A stretch of 56,058 nt of DNA, filler included, from Sphacelaria rigidula (GCA_964200075.2; 7 parts of 7 records of this genome joined end to end with filler, not necessarily neighbours in it), one strand, 5' to 3'. Shown: positions 12,120 through 24,127, numbered from the whole stretch's first letter. Translations and numbers: made by a program. Notes: generated by a model from the letters alone, not told the origin.

Positions 12120-12412
12120 CAAAATGAGGGGCCCTTTGTTTGGTCGAAAATCTTTGTTTGACTAATTCTAACTACATAAACCTAACCCTAAACCCGACCC
12201 AAGGTGTACGAGAACTCTCGGGCAAAGGGGGTGCAGAGGTTGCCCTAGGCAAAGTGTGCTTTGACAGACCTCGAATCAGCGCCGCAGGCGTCGATTCGGA
12301 CATGAACATGTTCTAGGCAAGCCAGGAGCGCTCAGTCCCTCTCAAGATCCGAATATCGGTGTTGGGTTCAAAATCAAGTAGTCACTCCATCAACCATAAA
12401 TTTTCGACCAAA
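12120..12412 (+). mobile_element. CCCTAA-containing interspersed element with subterminal inverted repeats
   Basis: TTTGGTCGAAAATCTTTGTTTGA and TCAACCATAAATTTTCGACCAAA form an inverted pair around AACCTAACCCTAAACCC. The body is shared with the copies at 19298, 34885 and 35680. Confidence 0.65.
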
Positions 12413-12563
12413 GCGTGAGATCTCCCAAGTTAAAAGATGCGCATGATCGTGAACCATCATCGTGTATGACTGCACTGCACTGGTGCATGCGACTGTCCTG
12501 TTGCCTGAAGGGCATGGTACTATAGTTCATAACTGTTCACCATGTCGTGTCGCGCTCGTGTAC

Positions 12564-12728
12564 CTGTCGATGGTCAACGCCACGATTCTCGGTGCTGTTC
12601 ACGTTGTTGCGCCCTATTCCTCGGGAAGTCGATGAAATGGCCCTGATCAACACGCCGCCCGTGCCGATGCCGCTATGAAGGACGGCCCGGTGACACGCCT
12701 TCTGCATCTTGATAGATTGCCGCAGCAT
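12564..12728 (-). CDS. Candidate first coding exon with mitochondrial-presequence-like N-terminus (MLRQSIKMQKACHRAVL...RAISSTSRG)
   Basis: ATG just after a pyrimidine-rich ...ccgatag| acceptor, 55 codons, then donor CAG|GTACAC. Arg/Ser-rich and acid-free over the first ~45 residues. Confidence 0.45.
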
Positions 12729-14317
12729 TTTCTTCTATCGGAAAGGAAAACCGACACGAACAGTGCAGACAGTGCTGTAGTCGTCCACCAAATGTGAAAG
12801 TAGTAGTATCCGTATTTATCCTGGAGGGTGGCTGAAAGACAAAAGAGACACCAAAATGGTTGTCGCTGGATATCGGCGCCGATAACAGCACGGGCGAGAT
12901 TGATATCTTTTCTACTCTCTCAAACACTATGTAATATATCCTGCGTCGATGATGGCCGCAGATGCAGACGGGTTGTTCAACTCCGCCCTGTAGCTGTAGT
13001 TGGACAGCCGTACCTGCTGAGGGGGGGGGGCGAGGCTACACGTGATGTGCGGAATTTCGCTATACAAACGTAGGGAGAGTTGCCGCGCTATGGTGCTCTG
13101 ATAGTGTTTATATTGAACTGCACGGTATCTGTACTGTGCTGATTGACTACCAGCCTTTAATAATGCAGCCTATAGTACGCAGCACTGAACTGCTCCACCT
13201 GCGGTGGTATGTGAGGGTAGTACTGCTACAGGACCTTCCTCAACCATGAATGATTTGACAACCGTGCGCGTCTCTGGAGACCATGCAACCTCGGTTTTAC
13301 GTGTATCATCACGAACCGAATCTGCTCAGTGAGAAATACACCGGAACATGAGTGAGCGTGATGGCTGAACAACCAAACACAGTGCCGTCTCAATCGAGAG
13401 TTGTGTTGCTGCTATCCTATGCGCTGTCTTTTGGGGATTTCAAAACTCCGCATGTCTCAGCATCGCGGTGATTGAACGACCCATAATCTAATCTAGGCCA
13501 GTCCAAAAAGTTCAGCGATCACTCACCACGGGGTGGATGTAAGGAGAGCAAGCGTTGAGTATTTATTGTGGAAAGAGAGGGTGAACTGCTCCCGCCTCCA
13601 AGCTGTGTAAGCGTTCTCTCCGGCGTTTCGTGCAGTTGGTCGCGGTTCAAAGTACACCCGCAGGTTCAAGCCTTGTAGTTTCGTAACAAAGGCAAACCAG
13701 GAAAGATCAACAACTGTGCTTGAAGACCTGTTGCTGTATATTTGTCATATTCCAAAGAAATACGAAACCGTTACGAATACGAATCATGATCCATGATCGG
13801 TGTGCTGGGATACGCCATAGCAGCCATCGACCGGGCCCTTGGCGGAAACGCCGTCATCACGCAGCCACGCGACAACCAATATGTATGAATACTGTAGGTA
13901 TCAATATTGGTATACATATTTGCTAACTGTCCTACTCGTTACGGCATGTAAGATTTAGGTGCGAGAGTGGTGAAGCGCATCCTTCCTTGGCAGTGTGCAA
14001 TTTATATGTTGTCAGCAAAAATCACGTGAGAGTCAATAATATCACTATTGAAAAATACTTGATACCAGTAGGCAGCCACGGGTGCGGCAGTGGAATGTAG
14101 TGACACATAAAAGAACCACGCTCGGGTGCCTTTATCCCCATGACCTGAAGCCTTTGAGGTGGGAAAAGGAGGGGGGGGGGGGGGGGGGGGAGAAGGAAAA
14201 AGGCGGGGGGGGTGGGTATGTTGCCCACCCCCCCCAACAAAAAGGCGNNNNNNNNNNAAAAAAAAAAAAAAAAAAAACAACACGCGAGGGAGTGTCTCAC
14301 CCCAAGAAAGGAAGAAA

Positions 14318-14352
<35 letters not shown>

Positions 14353-15340
14353 AGCAGTATTACGTCGGAGGTTAGTGTCATGTTTCCCACCACCCCCAAT
14401 ATGAAGACGCGACGGAGCCAAAGAAGTGAACAGAGGGTAATATTGCAACGAAAGCGATATACAGCTGTAGTATGTATCGGAAGCTATCTTCTCATCGCAG
14501 TCTGACTCGATTTCACCCAGTACAGCGCACAAACCAGCGATGGATACTCCTAAACAAGTTGTAACTACTTGTACACGCAAAAATGTCATTTTCCAACATG
14601 CCCCTCCTTCATGCGACATGAGATTACTCACTACTGACGAACGCCACCAAGCCGAAACTCTACAGATATAGTAGTCAGCATCAGAAGTTTTCAGAATTCG
14701 TAGTGTTCTAGTCTTTGAATTTTTTTCGAGTTTTATTTTTCATTACTGCTTGAAAGTGCTATACAGGCTGGTTCACGGTGATCACCCAAAATTGTGTCAT
14801 CAGCAAATGCTTTCCGCGATACGCACCCAATAGTCGCATATATGGTATCGTACATGACCGCAATGAAGAGACGAAGAGGGTGAAATGGCCATATTTTTGT
14901 TTAAGGCCGTAGCGGTGGCGTTATGGACGAAAATGTGTCTCGGCCAATCAGCGCCCTTCAAATTGTTCCGAGATCTAAATTACGAATACCAAGCCCANNN
15001 NNNNNNNCCATTTTTCACCCAATTTCTACATGCTTCAAATCGTAGTAACCATCATCGACACGGGAATCTAACGAGAAAATCACATTTTCAAAACGCTTAC
15101 TACGGGGGTCGAATTATACCCGAAACCGTGATGATTCGGTGATGTCGGGTGTTGGCGTCGTCTAACTTCCACTAATAATAATGATGATACGCACGAAATA
15201 AGACCCAGGGAGCCTCGTGACGGTGTCCCCTGTATCTGTTGTAGAAAAGCTCAGATCTCCCTCAAACTCGGCTATGCCGTAGGTATTGATGCTCAAAATG
15301 AAAAAGATTGTACTCTTGGCAATATATCATGTTTTCTCCG

Positions 15341-15396
15341 TTCTCTACCGGCTTCCGGGGGTCCCAGCATGAAGACCCCCGGAAGGCGGTAGAGAA
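15341..15396. repeat. Near-perfect hairpin (22 of 23 bp stem, 10-nt loop)
   Basis: TTCTCTACCGGCTTCCGGGGGTC-ccagcatgaa-GACCCCCGGAAGGCGGTAGAGAA. Confidence 0.85.
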
Positions 15397-15947
15397 TGCC
15401 CTAAAAGAAAAATAATGAGATGATGCATCCCGGGAGAGTCCAAGGAACACATGTACAAAGCTTGGTGGAGAAACTCGACTACCCCATACAGTTTTTCTTG
15501 CCTTGACGTCAAATTCATCCCAAAAGACGTTTCCGTACCCAAACCAAGTAGTTAGGAGTTGCACGTTTCAAGCCCACGTCCTCCACAAACGCGCAAACGT
15601 TCACGCTATCAGTAGGAGTTAGATCCTGAAACTTTGCATACATATACTATGTACCATTACGCAACTTTCTACGGACGATGTTTTTTGTACTTCTTGAATT
15701 TTTCACCGTTTTTCGGGGGTCCGACGGGATCGAAGTTGTTTTTCGAAGTAGTCTCCATTCTGGGACCCCAGAAAAACGGCACTGCGATATTTTTTTTTCA
15801 TGTTTTCGCGAACTATCTGCCTCCGCATAACCCAAGGATGGGCTCCAAAAATTTTCGTCGCAAAAATCGATCAACTGATGATGCTTGAATTTCCATGTTC
15901 ACGTCAAAGAAGGCCCAAAAACGCCGTTTTGGTACTAAAATCGAGTA

Positions 15948-16047
15948 NNNNNNNNNNNNNNNNNNNNNNNNNNNNNNNNNNNNNNNNNNNNTTAATTAAT
16001 TAANNNNNNNNNNNNNNNNNNNNNNNNNNNNNNNNNNNNNNNNNNNN
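15948..16047. other. Artificial contig spacer
   Basis: N44-TTAATTAATTAA-N44. Confidence 0.99.
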
Positions 16048-16214
16048 CGATGTCATGTGAAATGGATATGTGGGTACCTTGATTACGCAGCGCTCCTTCT
16101 GCGCTGTCATGGTGGTCAGTATGATACAAAAGGCAACGTGACGGTTCAGCGCTGATAGCTCCGAATGTCTTGTGTCTTATCTCGCAGAGGTGAAGTTTGC
16201 CGTTGACGGTTCAC

Positions 16215-16610
16215 TTTCAGGAGTGGAGAACGCAAAAGTGATTTCTTCCACTCCTGCCACGACCCTGAGCCCATGGGGCTCATGAAGTAATTGCTCTCCA
16301 AACCCGCCATCACCGACAGGTGCGGGGTATGCCATATGCAGCCCAGCCGCACAGCGTGAATCGCTTTTTCTTCGTCAACACAGTCTACATCATCCTCACT
16401 TGTTCCACGATACTCGGCACTTGTGCTAGTTGTTTGAATATTCTCTGCTGCTTCGTTTTTGCGGTATGTGTGTAAAAGGGTTAAGTGGGGTTGGTGTTGT
16501 GGGCGACGCCCGCAACTACTGCCACTTTTCGTGTTCTTGACTGCTGATGTAGAGAAGAACGGTGAACGTGGGGTGGAACGTAGTGGGCGTGTGGTTTCCG
16601 AGTGCAACAT
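16215..16610 (-). CDS. Candidate exon of unknown protein
   Basis: Good acceptor (tgcttgtattctttag|ATG) and 132 open codons. The possible donor AAA|GTGAAC is weak; no family recognised. Confidence 0.3.
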
Positions 16611-17704
16611 CTAAAGAATACAAGCACACAACAATATATCAGTGCAGTCGCTGGAGCAACTATATTTCCGGGACACCGACCACTCGCAGGATTGTCAATA
16701 TGTACTCAAGTTAGAGCTCATCTCATATGAGCGAGATCATTATTCGGAGATGACGTCTGTATCTGTGATTGATACGATTGGCTGGTTTACGGGTCAGTTT
16801 TTCTGCAGTGGATAGTGGTCGGTCCATTTTACAGATGTATAGTGCCCAAAATCGGGCCCCAATCACCCCCATAAGAGAATAAGTACAGTGCAGTCCGCCT
16901 CCCGACTGCAGCAGCAGCTGCTGTTGTATACTGCCTTGCACGTTCTGGGCAATTCTCAAGCACCGAGATTAACTACCTATATACCGCTTCTTCATCCCCA
17001 CCTACTACATACATGTTAACTGCACACTCCAAGTGATCGGCAGAGGGATAAGCAGAATTCATGGCGGTACCATCCTTTGTCTTTCCACGGCCCACTTGGG
17101 TTTAGTGCCTCGTGAAAATGACCACATAGCATGTACACGCCGTCCCGGTTTTTCCCGGTCCACTCTGTTAGTATAAATTACTATGTTCAAGTATAGAATT
17201 GGGACCCAAGAAACACTCCGGGAAAACTCGAGAACGCTGTACTTGGTGCAAGTAATATAAAAAAAACGAGCTGCGACCACCCTGCACTTGGAAACCTGGG
17301 GAGGCTTATCTGGGCCAGGGATAGGCCCCCCACACGATATTTGCAGTGGCATCATACTCGCCAACCATCCCTGCGCTGGTCGTTCGGGTCCGGTCGATAC
17401 ATTTCGCCTTGCCGTGACTGGGCAGGTCGCTCGAAGACTTGTTTTTTTTATTCCACCAACACAGGGTCGACCCTGTGTTAGTTGGGGTCCGGTCCCAAAA
17501 GGGTTGAGGCGCCTGAAAAAAATCGGGAACCCGGCTAAAACGTGAAACCAGGCGTACCAAAAGTCAATGCGCTAGAATCCTCATGGAAAATATGGAAAAT
17601 ATTTCCGAGGAGGCCCAATCCGCCAAGATCCCTATTCCGCAAAAACTCCGCGATGAAAGGCTCATTAAGGGCAATTCTTAGAGAATCCGTTTTCAGACTA
17701 AAAG

Positions 17705-17940
17705 TGTGTGAGTGTGTTGTCATCCCGTTCATTCTGGATGTCGGTCTACACCTTTCGGAATACGTGGGCGCCGCAGCCAGAGTCGCACGGGAGTACGGTC
17801 AACACAGAAGTTTTTTCTTGGTTGGTTTTTGTACTCCACCTTCCTTCTGCGGTGCTTGCCTTTGATTTTTATCGCGATAGGGGTTCAGCAGTCGTTTTCC
17901 CTCCTCGACCCTGAAGTCGAATTTTGTGTACCCACGACGT
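17705..17940 (-). mobile_element. tRNA-derived SINE, 5'-truncated copy
   Basis: Aligns by eye with 48345-48580 (GGTCTACACCTTTCGG...CTCCACCTTCCTTCTGCGGTGCTTG...TGTGTACCCACGAC). Confidence 0.8.
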
Positions 17941-18119
17941 CAAAACTTGGGCCAATTTCAAGGGCTATATGTAGCATACGTGGCCGGTAACGGCTTATAA
18001 AGTCGGTAACGGTAAATAATGGTTTGAAAGCATTTTCCAATTTTTTCATGTAAATATTACCATTATTACCATTATAATGATAATGGCCAGTTATAACTGG
18101 TTCCATTCCCGAGCTCTAT

Positions 18120-18300
18120 CCGAACCCCCCTCGCGATAAAAGATAAAGGCAAGCACCGCAAGAGGAAGGTGGAGTACTAATGATGAAACAAACAAACAAA
18201 AACTCCTGTGTTGACTTTCCTCCTGTGTGACCCCGGCTGGTGCGTCCACATACACCAAAAGGTGTAGGCCGGCGTCTATATATAGAATAGATAGGACGAC

Positions 18301-18352
<52 letters not shown>
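18120..18352 (+). mobile_element. tRNA-derived SINE, 5'-truncated copy ending in (CA)n tail
   Basis: Reverse complement of the 17705 and 48345 copies, followed by a long CA microsatellite (~18302-18352). Confidence 0.8.
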
Positions 18353-18355
<3 letters not shown>

Positions 18356-19297
18356 GAGATCCTTCTCGTTCTACTACAGTAGGAGCGTTTCGCGCGCCAG
18401 TTTTGGTTGTCCCAGTGTTCCTTTTCCGAGATTTTCTGCTGACAGTCCCGCAACATTTGGAGTATGGTCCTTATGTGCATAAGTGGACGCCAAAAGGACA
18501 CGGCGATGAGCCGGAATAATGCACAAGTGTGCCAAAACACAAGATAAATATTATGTTCACTTAGTTGTAAAACATTATTACCACGCTGTCAGATACTGAT
18601 TTGGGTTTACTGTATGACCATTGTGGAATCATCAACAGATTTTGTATTCAGTTCAGAACAATCAGTTCAGAACAATTGCGCAGAACGTTGTCAGACAATC
18701 GGATCGTGTACGCACAAGAAGGTGTGTTCTCAACAGAACAAATACCTGAAATACGCAGAATTCTTCGTTGTGTCGGAGATGTGAAATAATGTAAATTCGA
18801 ATGTTTCAAGCCAATAGACGGTGCAGCAGCATCTTGCCATGATTGACTGAAGAGGGCACAGAATTTGTTCTTTCATGCACCATGCTGCTGCTGTGCGATG
18901 GCATCTTCGTACGTGCGAGACAACACGTTCTGCTTCCGCCATCACTACTCCGCTGCTTAGCTTTACTGTAACGACGATATGCTGCTGGTCGCGGCATATG
19001 CACGAGTGACTAGGACGCGCGGCATATGTGGGCACTGTCTCGTAACCGGTAGTAACTATGCCCTATTCCCCTCACCCCAAACAAACTCCGTATGTTCAGC
19101 GTTCAAGTAGGTATCTATTAATAGGCGGCAAAAGGGTTCAGTTTGACTTGACCTTTGTTCTCCAGACGCTCATTCCACGCCCGTGGGTGGCTTTGACAGA
19201 ACCTCTCCGCGATGGTGTTGACTTTTTCGGCCGTAACTACGCTTGGGAAATCGCGTACACTACGCCTCGTGGCTGGTGACGTTACTTGAGAGGCTAT

Positions 19298-19577
19298 TTT
19301 ACCCGCGTTGGGCTACAAATGTCCATGGTTGGCACAATTCTATAAGTATCGCTACCCCTACCCCTGACCCCAACCCAATGCATACCGTTGACGCTCGGGC
19401 AAGGGCGTCATATACGTTCTCCAAATCGGCGCCTGTGGCGCCAATTTTAACGAAAACGCGTTCTGCGCAGGCGAGGAGCACACGGGACTGTCAGCCCTAC
19501 TAGAACTCCGACCCTCGTTATCCACACTCAAATCAAGTAGTGTTAACCATGAACATTTGTAGTCCAACGCCGGTAAA
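19298..19577 (+). mobile_element. CCCTAA-family element with 38-bp inverted repeats
   Basis: TTTACCCGCGTTGGGCTACAAATGTCCATGGTTGGCAC is inverted to GTGTTAACCATGAACATTTGTAGTCCAACGCCGGTAAA. Internal CCCCTACCCCTGACCCCAACCC. Confidence 0.75.
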
Positions 19578-19871
19578 CTCTCCTGATATTTGAACAGAAA
19601 CTGCGTGTGCAAGAAGGTGTAGTGTGCATGATGTCGTGATGTAACACGGAATGAAAAAAAAAATGATCGCGCTACACGAAAACGCCCACTACTGCATTCC
19701 AGTCTGCCGCACAGTAGTGCGCATAGCGAACAACTTTGCCGGTACGCGTGTATAGATCGCGCCCGACACACAGCAACAGCAGGCTGCAGTACACATTCCT
19801 GAGCTGCGCGAAACACTTGCAACCCCGTACCTCGCGCCGCTCGCTGCCCTGGCTGTTCGCGGATTCAGCAG

Positions 19872-21854
19872 ATGACGCTGCGTTCCGGCAGAATCAGAGC
19901 CAATCTCTCCGGCAAAGACAACCCCCGGAAAACCAAGGGCACCTCCAAAACGACGAAACCACCACCGGCGACAGCATCAGCACCATCATCGACAACAGCG
20001 GCAAAAACAACACCATCGCCGACGACACCCTCCGCGGCGACAGAGGAGCCCAAGAAGACCTTGCCATGGGCATCTCGGAAGAGGGCGCGACCGTCATCGA
20101 GCCAACCAACGTCGACGACGATGACGCCAGCAGGACCACCGTCAACCGCGACAACAACGGTAGGAGACTCTAAGAAAACGATCGAGCCGTCACCCTACAC
20201 CCGCGCTGCGCTCCTGAACAAGATCGTGACAACGTCTCCCCTAGTCGTCGTACAACACCGGCGGCAGGCTTCTCTCGCGTCCCCTCCGCCTGCTCCTCCT
20301 CCTGTTCCTCCTTCCCCTCTGCCTGCTCCTTCGGCGCCGTCTGAAGTTTCGCGGGTGCCCCGAACTGGCTGCAGGCAGCCGGTCCGCGCGGACTGCTCCA
20401 ACACCTCTAACGTGGCACAAGCGCCCGCTGTGTTGTCCCCGTCTATTGGCCCAAGACTTCTTCGCGTCCGCGCAGAGCGAGAGCGACGCCGGGCGGCGCG
20501 GTCCGCGGTTTCGGCTGCAGCCGCAGCTGCTTCTCCCGCTCCGGTCGTCACAGAGCAATGTCGAACAGAAGCAGCGATCACTGGTAGAAGTACCGTAGTT
20601 ACTGTCCCGGACGAGAAACGGCGGGGAGTTGACGTGGAGGAGAAGAAAGTGTCGAAAGATGATGTGACGGGGGATGGCGGTCGGGGTGATGCCGGCGACG
20701 CCGATGATGACTGGGGCCGTGGTAGCGTTAGCGATGCCTCTCCCAAAGCGCCGGCCGATAGTGGTTTGACGAAATCTCCGAAACACAGAGATGGCCTGGC
20801 TCCGCTGCTCGGCAACGGCGGGGATACGGTGGTGGAGTGGCCGAGTGACGCGCGTATCCGGGCGAGCAACCGCAGCGAGACAGGTCTCGACGGTAAGAAG
20901 GCGCAAAAGGGACGTGTTCTCGAGAAGGTGAACGGCGCTACGGAAAACAGTGCAGGTCATGGAAGCAGTGGCGGTAGTCGACGATGGAGAAGAAGACACG
21001 ACTCTTGGCTCCGAAAGCCATCCCGTGACGACACAGCTCTCCATGCCCCGCCGGAAACCCCGCCACAGCCGAGAAGATGGTTCACGAACATCAAGCTGCC
21101 GGACATGGTCGCCCGTCATCGCCCGACCCACATCACCGATCACGGTGGCATAGTGGCCGTCAACAGAAGCCCGGACCCGCCCTCAACGGACGGGGGAGCG
21201 ACGGCTGCTCACGAGAAGAGCAGATATCGATGTTCTGAATCTAACTCAGAGGGACAAGCCGGCAGTAGGAAAGACGGCAGGGGCGGCGATGCCCACAGCG
21301 TATCGAAGATGAACCGTGGGAGTCACGATGGATCATCTTTCACGCACACGCCAAATGGGGCAGCTGCTACAGCCCAGCGAGCATGGACGCATGGCACTTA
21401 CAGCCCTATACCCTTGCGGCGTTGGTGGTCATCTTCACCCAATCCTTTGCAGAAGGTTCGATCACCCACCGCTGCCAGCCGCAGTGGTGGCCACCCCCCT
21501 GCGTGTCCCGTCTATCGGGTCCCTGCCATTCGTAGCACATGGCAATGGGGGCCCGACGGAATGCCGGTGCCCCCGCCCCTGCAAAGTTTTGGAGACATGG
21601 CGCATCGTCCTACTGCTGATGCAGCTGCTGACTTGGGCAGAGAGCAACCGAGAGAAGACCCGGATCGTTTAACGACTTCAGGGGCGATTCAGCTGCGATC
21701 GCCAGCTTCGCGCTCGTTTGACTGCAGTGATCGTTCTCTTACCAACCAAGGTGATCCAAGTCTGGGCGAAGAAGGTCACCGTGATCGGCGCAAGTGCAGT
21801 GGGGGCGAAAAGGAATTGATCTTACCTCCTGCACCGAGGCTTCCCGGTTTGTGA
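19872..21854 (+). CDS. 660-aa predicted intrinsically disordered, basic S/T/P/A/R-rich protein (single exon or one large exon)
   Basis: Uninterrupted 1983-nt GC-rich ORF, by far the longest in the window. No globular domain recognised. N-terminus is MTLRSGR. Confidence 0.75.
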   Translation: MTLRSGRIRANLSGKDNPRKTKGTSKTTKPPPATASAPSSTTAAKTTPSPTTPSAATEEPKKTLPWASRKRARPSSSQPTSTTMTPAGPPSTATTTVGDSKKTIEPSPYTRAALLNKIVTTSPLVVVQHRRQASLASPPPAPPPVPPSPLPAPSAPSEVSRVPRTGCRQPVRADCSNTSNVAQAPAVLSPSIGPRLLRVRAERERRRAARSAVSAAAAAASPAPVVTEQCRTEAAITGRSTVVTVPDEKRRGVDVEEKKVSKDDVTGDGGRGDAGDADDDWGRGSVSDASPKAPADSGLTKSPKHRDGLAPLLGNGGDTVVEWPSDARIRASNRSETGLDGKKAQKGRVLEKVNGATENSAGHGSSGGSRRWRRRHDSWLRKPSRDDTALHAPPETPPQPRRWFTNIKLPDMVARHRPTHITDHGGIVAVNRSPDPPSTDGGATAAHEKSRYRCSESNSEGQAGSRKDGRGGDAHSVSKMNRGSHDGSSFTHTPNGAAATAQRAWTHGTYSPIPLRRWWSSSPNPLQKVRSPTAASRSGGHPPACPVYRVPAIRSTWQWGPDGMPVPPPLQSFGDMAHRPTADAAADLGREQPREDPDRLTTSGAIQLRSPASRSFDCSDRSLTNQGDPSLGEEGHRDRRKCSGGEKELILPPAPRLPGL

Positions 21855-23159
21855 AGAGAAGAGGACGTGTGCCGACGCTGCTCTTGTGTTCGTTTTCGTT
21901 TTTCTCAGTTGGGTCTCACCAACAGGACAATGTATACACGGCGGGTCAATGTAGCTACGTGTTGTATTTAGTCAAAAGCGTAGTTGGGTCTTGTTGTGAC
22001 GGTAAGGGCAAGCCAGGTGATCGGCGAGATGAGATGAAGCGGACAGAAAACTCAGTGGTGAAATACAGGAATACTTGTTCGAGATAATGTTGACAGGCTT
22101 AGTGTCTGACTCTACGATGTGTCGAGTTGGGAAGGCGGAGAGGGATGGCATCAGAGTTTCCCCATTAGTCGACAAAACAGCGCAGTCGATTTTGATTGGT
22201 CGAAAAAGTATTTATGAAGTCTTGATCGTCACCTGACGTCATTAATATCGAAAAGTGAACCCCCTCTTCTCGAACGGTGATGGAATGATCCGCAGCCGAC
22301 GATCAAGTTTGCTCGAGCAGATCGAATGTCATCGCCGAGTTATTCGATCAATCCGGAAAATACGGGCCACGCGTCTATCTCGTGTATATAATCCGTTGAT
22401 GTAGTTGAAGTGTTGAGTAATTGACGTGTTGGGGCACACGAGGATATCTTGAGGCGTTGATGTCGGTATTGCAGTCGATTGGGACGGCCCCTTTCACTAC
22501 GATATATGCATGTATAGGCAGAGCTCGTGCATTAGAAAACTAAATAGCGGATAAGAGGACGCCATGAGGACTGAAGATTAACACTGGACAGAGCATTTGT
22601 TCAACTTACACCGTGGGACATCGACTACGGTGTATACGGCTGATCGAACGCCACGGGTGAATGCATGATCAGCCGGTGCTCAGGTGCACACACATACGGC
22701 GAGCGCGCACGCGTCACTTCGTATTTTTGAACCCAACGGGGTATTGGCAGATCGCCTATCAAAAGCGTTGGCTAATACATATCGGTTGCCAACGCAGCAT
22801 TTTCAATGGACAGTGTCTAGCAGCAGCAGCAGCAGCCTCTTCCTCACACCTCAAACCTAGGCCAACAGTGTGTCCATCGTACGTTCAAGGGGGAAGTATG
22901 GTGTGCTTGGCTGCATGCAAATAAAAGCGTCAAACCTGAATAGATAGATTTATGAAGGTGCAAAATTATTGTGGTGGGCGGTGCTCACGTGCGTGGAACA
23001 AGCATCGCGTGACTTGTACCATAGCCTCAACTCGGCTTCAATGTACGGACAATTTTCGGCTCTTCACGGGTGTCGATGGATCTCATGTACAGGAAAGAGG
23101 GAGATTTTCCTTCACACAGCAGAGGGCAAACACTGACTTCGTATTTTCGCCACCTCGTC

Positions 23160-23490
23160 GTCGCCCCGGTGGCTCCAGTTGGTAACCTCGAAGCCCTCTG
23201 ACTGTTGGGACGTGGGTTCGAATCTCGGTGAAGTCACAGGAGCTGAGATTTTTTGTCACACAATTCCAAATGATGGAGAGCGACGATGTATCGTGGGTAC
23301 ACATAATTCGATTTCACTGTCGACGAGGGAAAGGCACCGCTGGACCCTTCTCGCGATAAAAAAGGAAGCAAACATCGCAGAAGGGCAGTAAAGTTCTATC
23401 ATAACAAAAATAAGGTTAGTCTAGACATCTCCTGTGTTGACGTCCCTCTTGTGTGGCCCCGGCTGATGGGCCAGCATATATCAGAAGGTG
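23160..23490 (+). mobile_element. tRNA-derived SINE, nearly full length
   Basis: A-box TGGCTCCAGTTGG and B-box GGTTCGAATC, followed by the body shared with the 17705, 18120 and 48345 copies. Confidence 0.8.
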
Positions 23491-23659
23491 ACAAGGGGTC
23501 CTAAAAAATGGTAACGAACTCATTGTTGGACAACGATGTTCGGGTGAGTGAGGAGGGGAGGGGGGCTTGCCATTGTGCGAAAAGGTACCCTCCCTACCGC
23601 CGACCTTTTTTTCCCCCGCCATCCTTTTATTTTCCCCCTTCCCTCACCTTTAAAAAGCC

Positions 23660-23850
23660 GATCATCGAAATTGAGTATGAAGCTTGTCATTGAGGACGAG
23701 AACCCGGAAATTAAAACCATCGCATCCACATAAAATCTTCAAGGTATGATTCCATTCCTTCACCTACTTGTAGCTATTGACAAGTACTACACGTCAACTG
23801 ATTAAGGATTGCGATAAGCGAAATATTGGGGTCCTAGGTAAAAAAAAACA
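23660..23850 (+). repeat. Interspersed repeat shared (inverted) with 51720-51905
   Basis: TGAGGA.GAGAACCCGGA...CGCATCCACA...TAGCTATTGACAA.TACTACACG...GGGGTCCTAGGTAA is present in both contigs. Confidence 0.75.
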
Positions 23851-23970
23851 CTTTCGGAGAATTCCGGCGATCAGATCGAATCATCTAAATTCCCCAAAGA
23901 GTGATGCTACGGTAGGGGTACAGAAATATGTTCTGAGGTTAGAATTGTTAGGAGCCCTTTATCTCATGCA

Positions 23971-24070
23971 NNNNNNNNNNNNNNNNNNNNNNNNNNNNNN
24001 NNNNNNNNNNNNNNTTAATTAATTAANNNNNNNNNNNNNNNNNNNNNNNNNNNNNNNNNNNNNNNNNNNN
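23971..24070. other. Artificial contig spacer
   Basis: N44-TTAATTAATTAA-N44. Confidence 0.99.
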
Positions 24071-24127
24071 ACTCATGTTCTCACGCTTTCCAGGGTGGAA
24101 ATCGTACATGACGAAGAAAAAACACAA

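Noticed and set aside
20195..21143. Antisense ORFs of 224 and 300 aa
   Set aside because: Shadows of the GC-rich 660-aa sense ORF.
23160..23235. Functional tRNA gene
   Set aside because: No complete cloverleaf, and it is followed by a body shared with other dispersed copies, so it is a SINE head.
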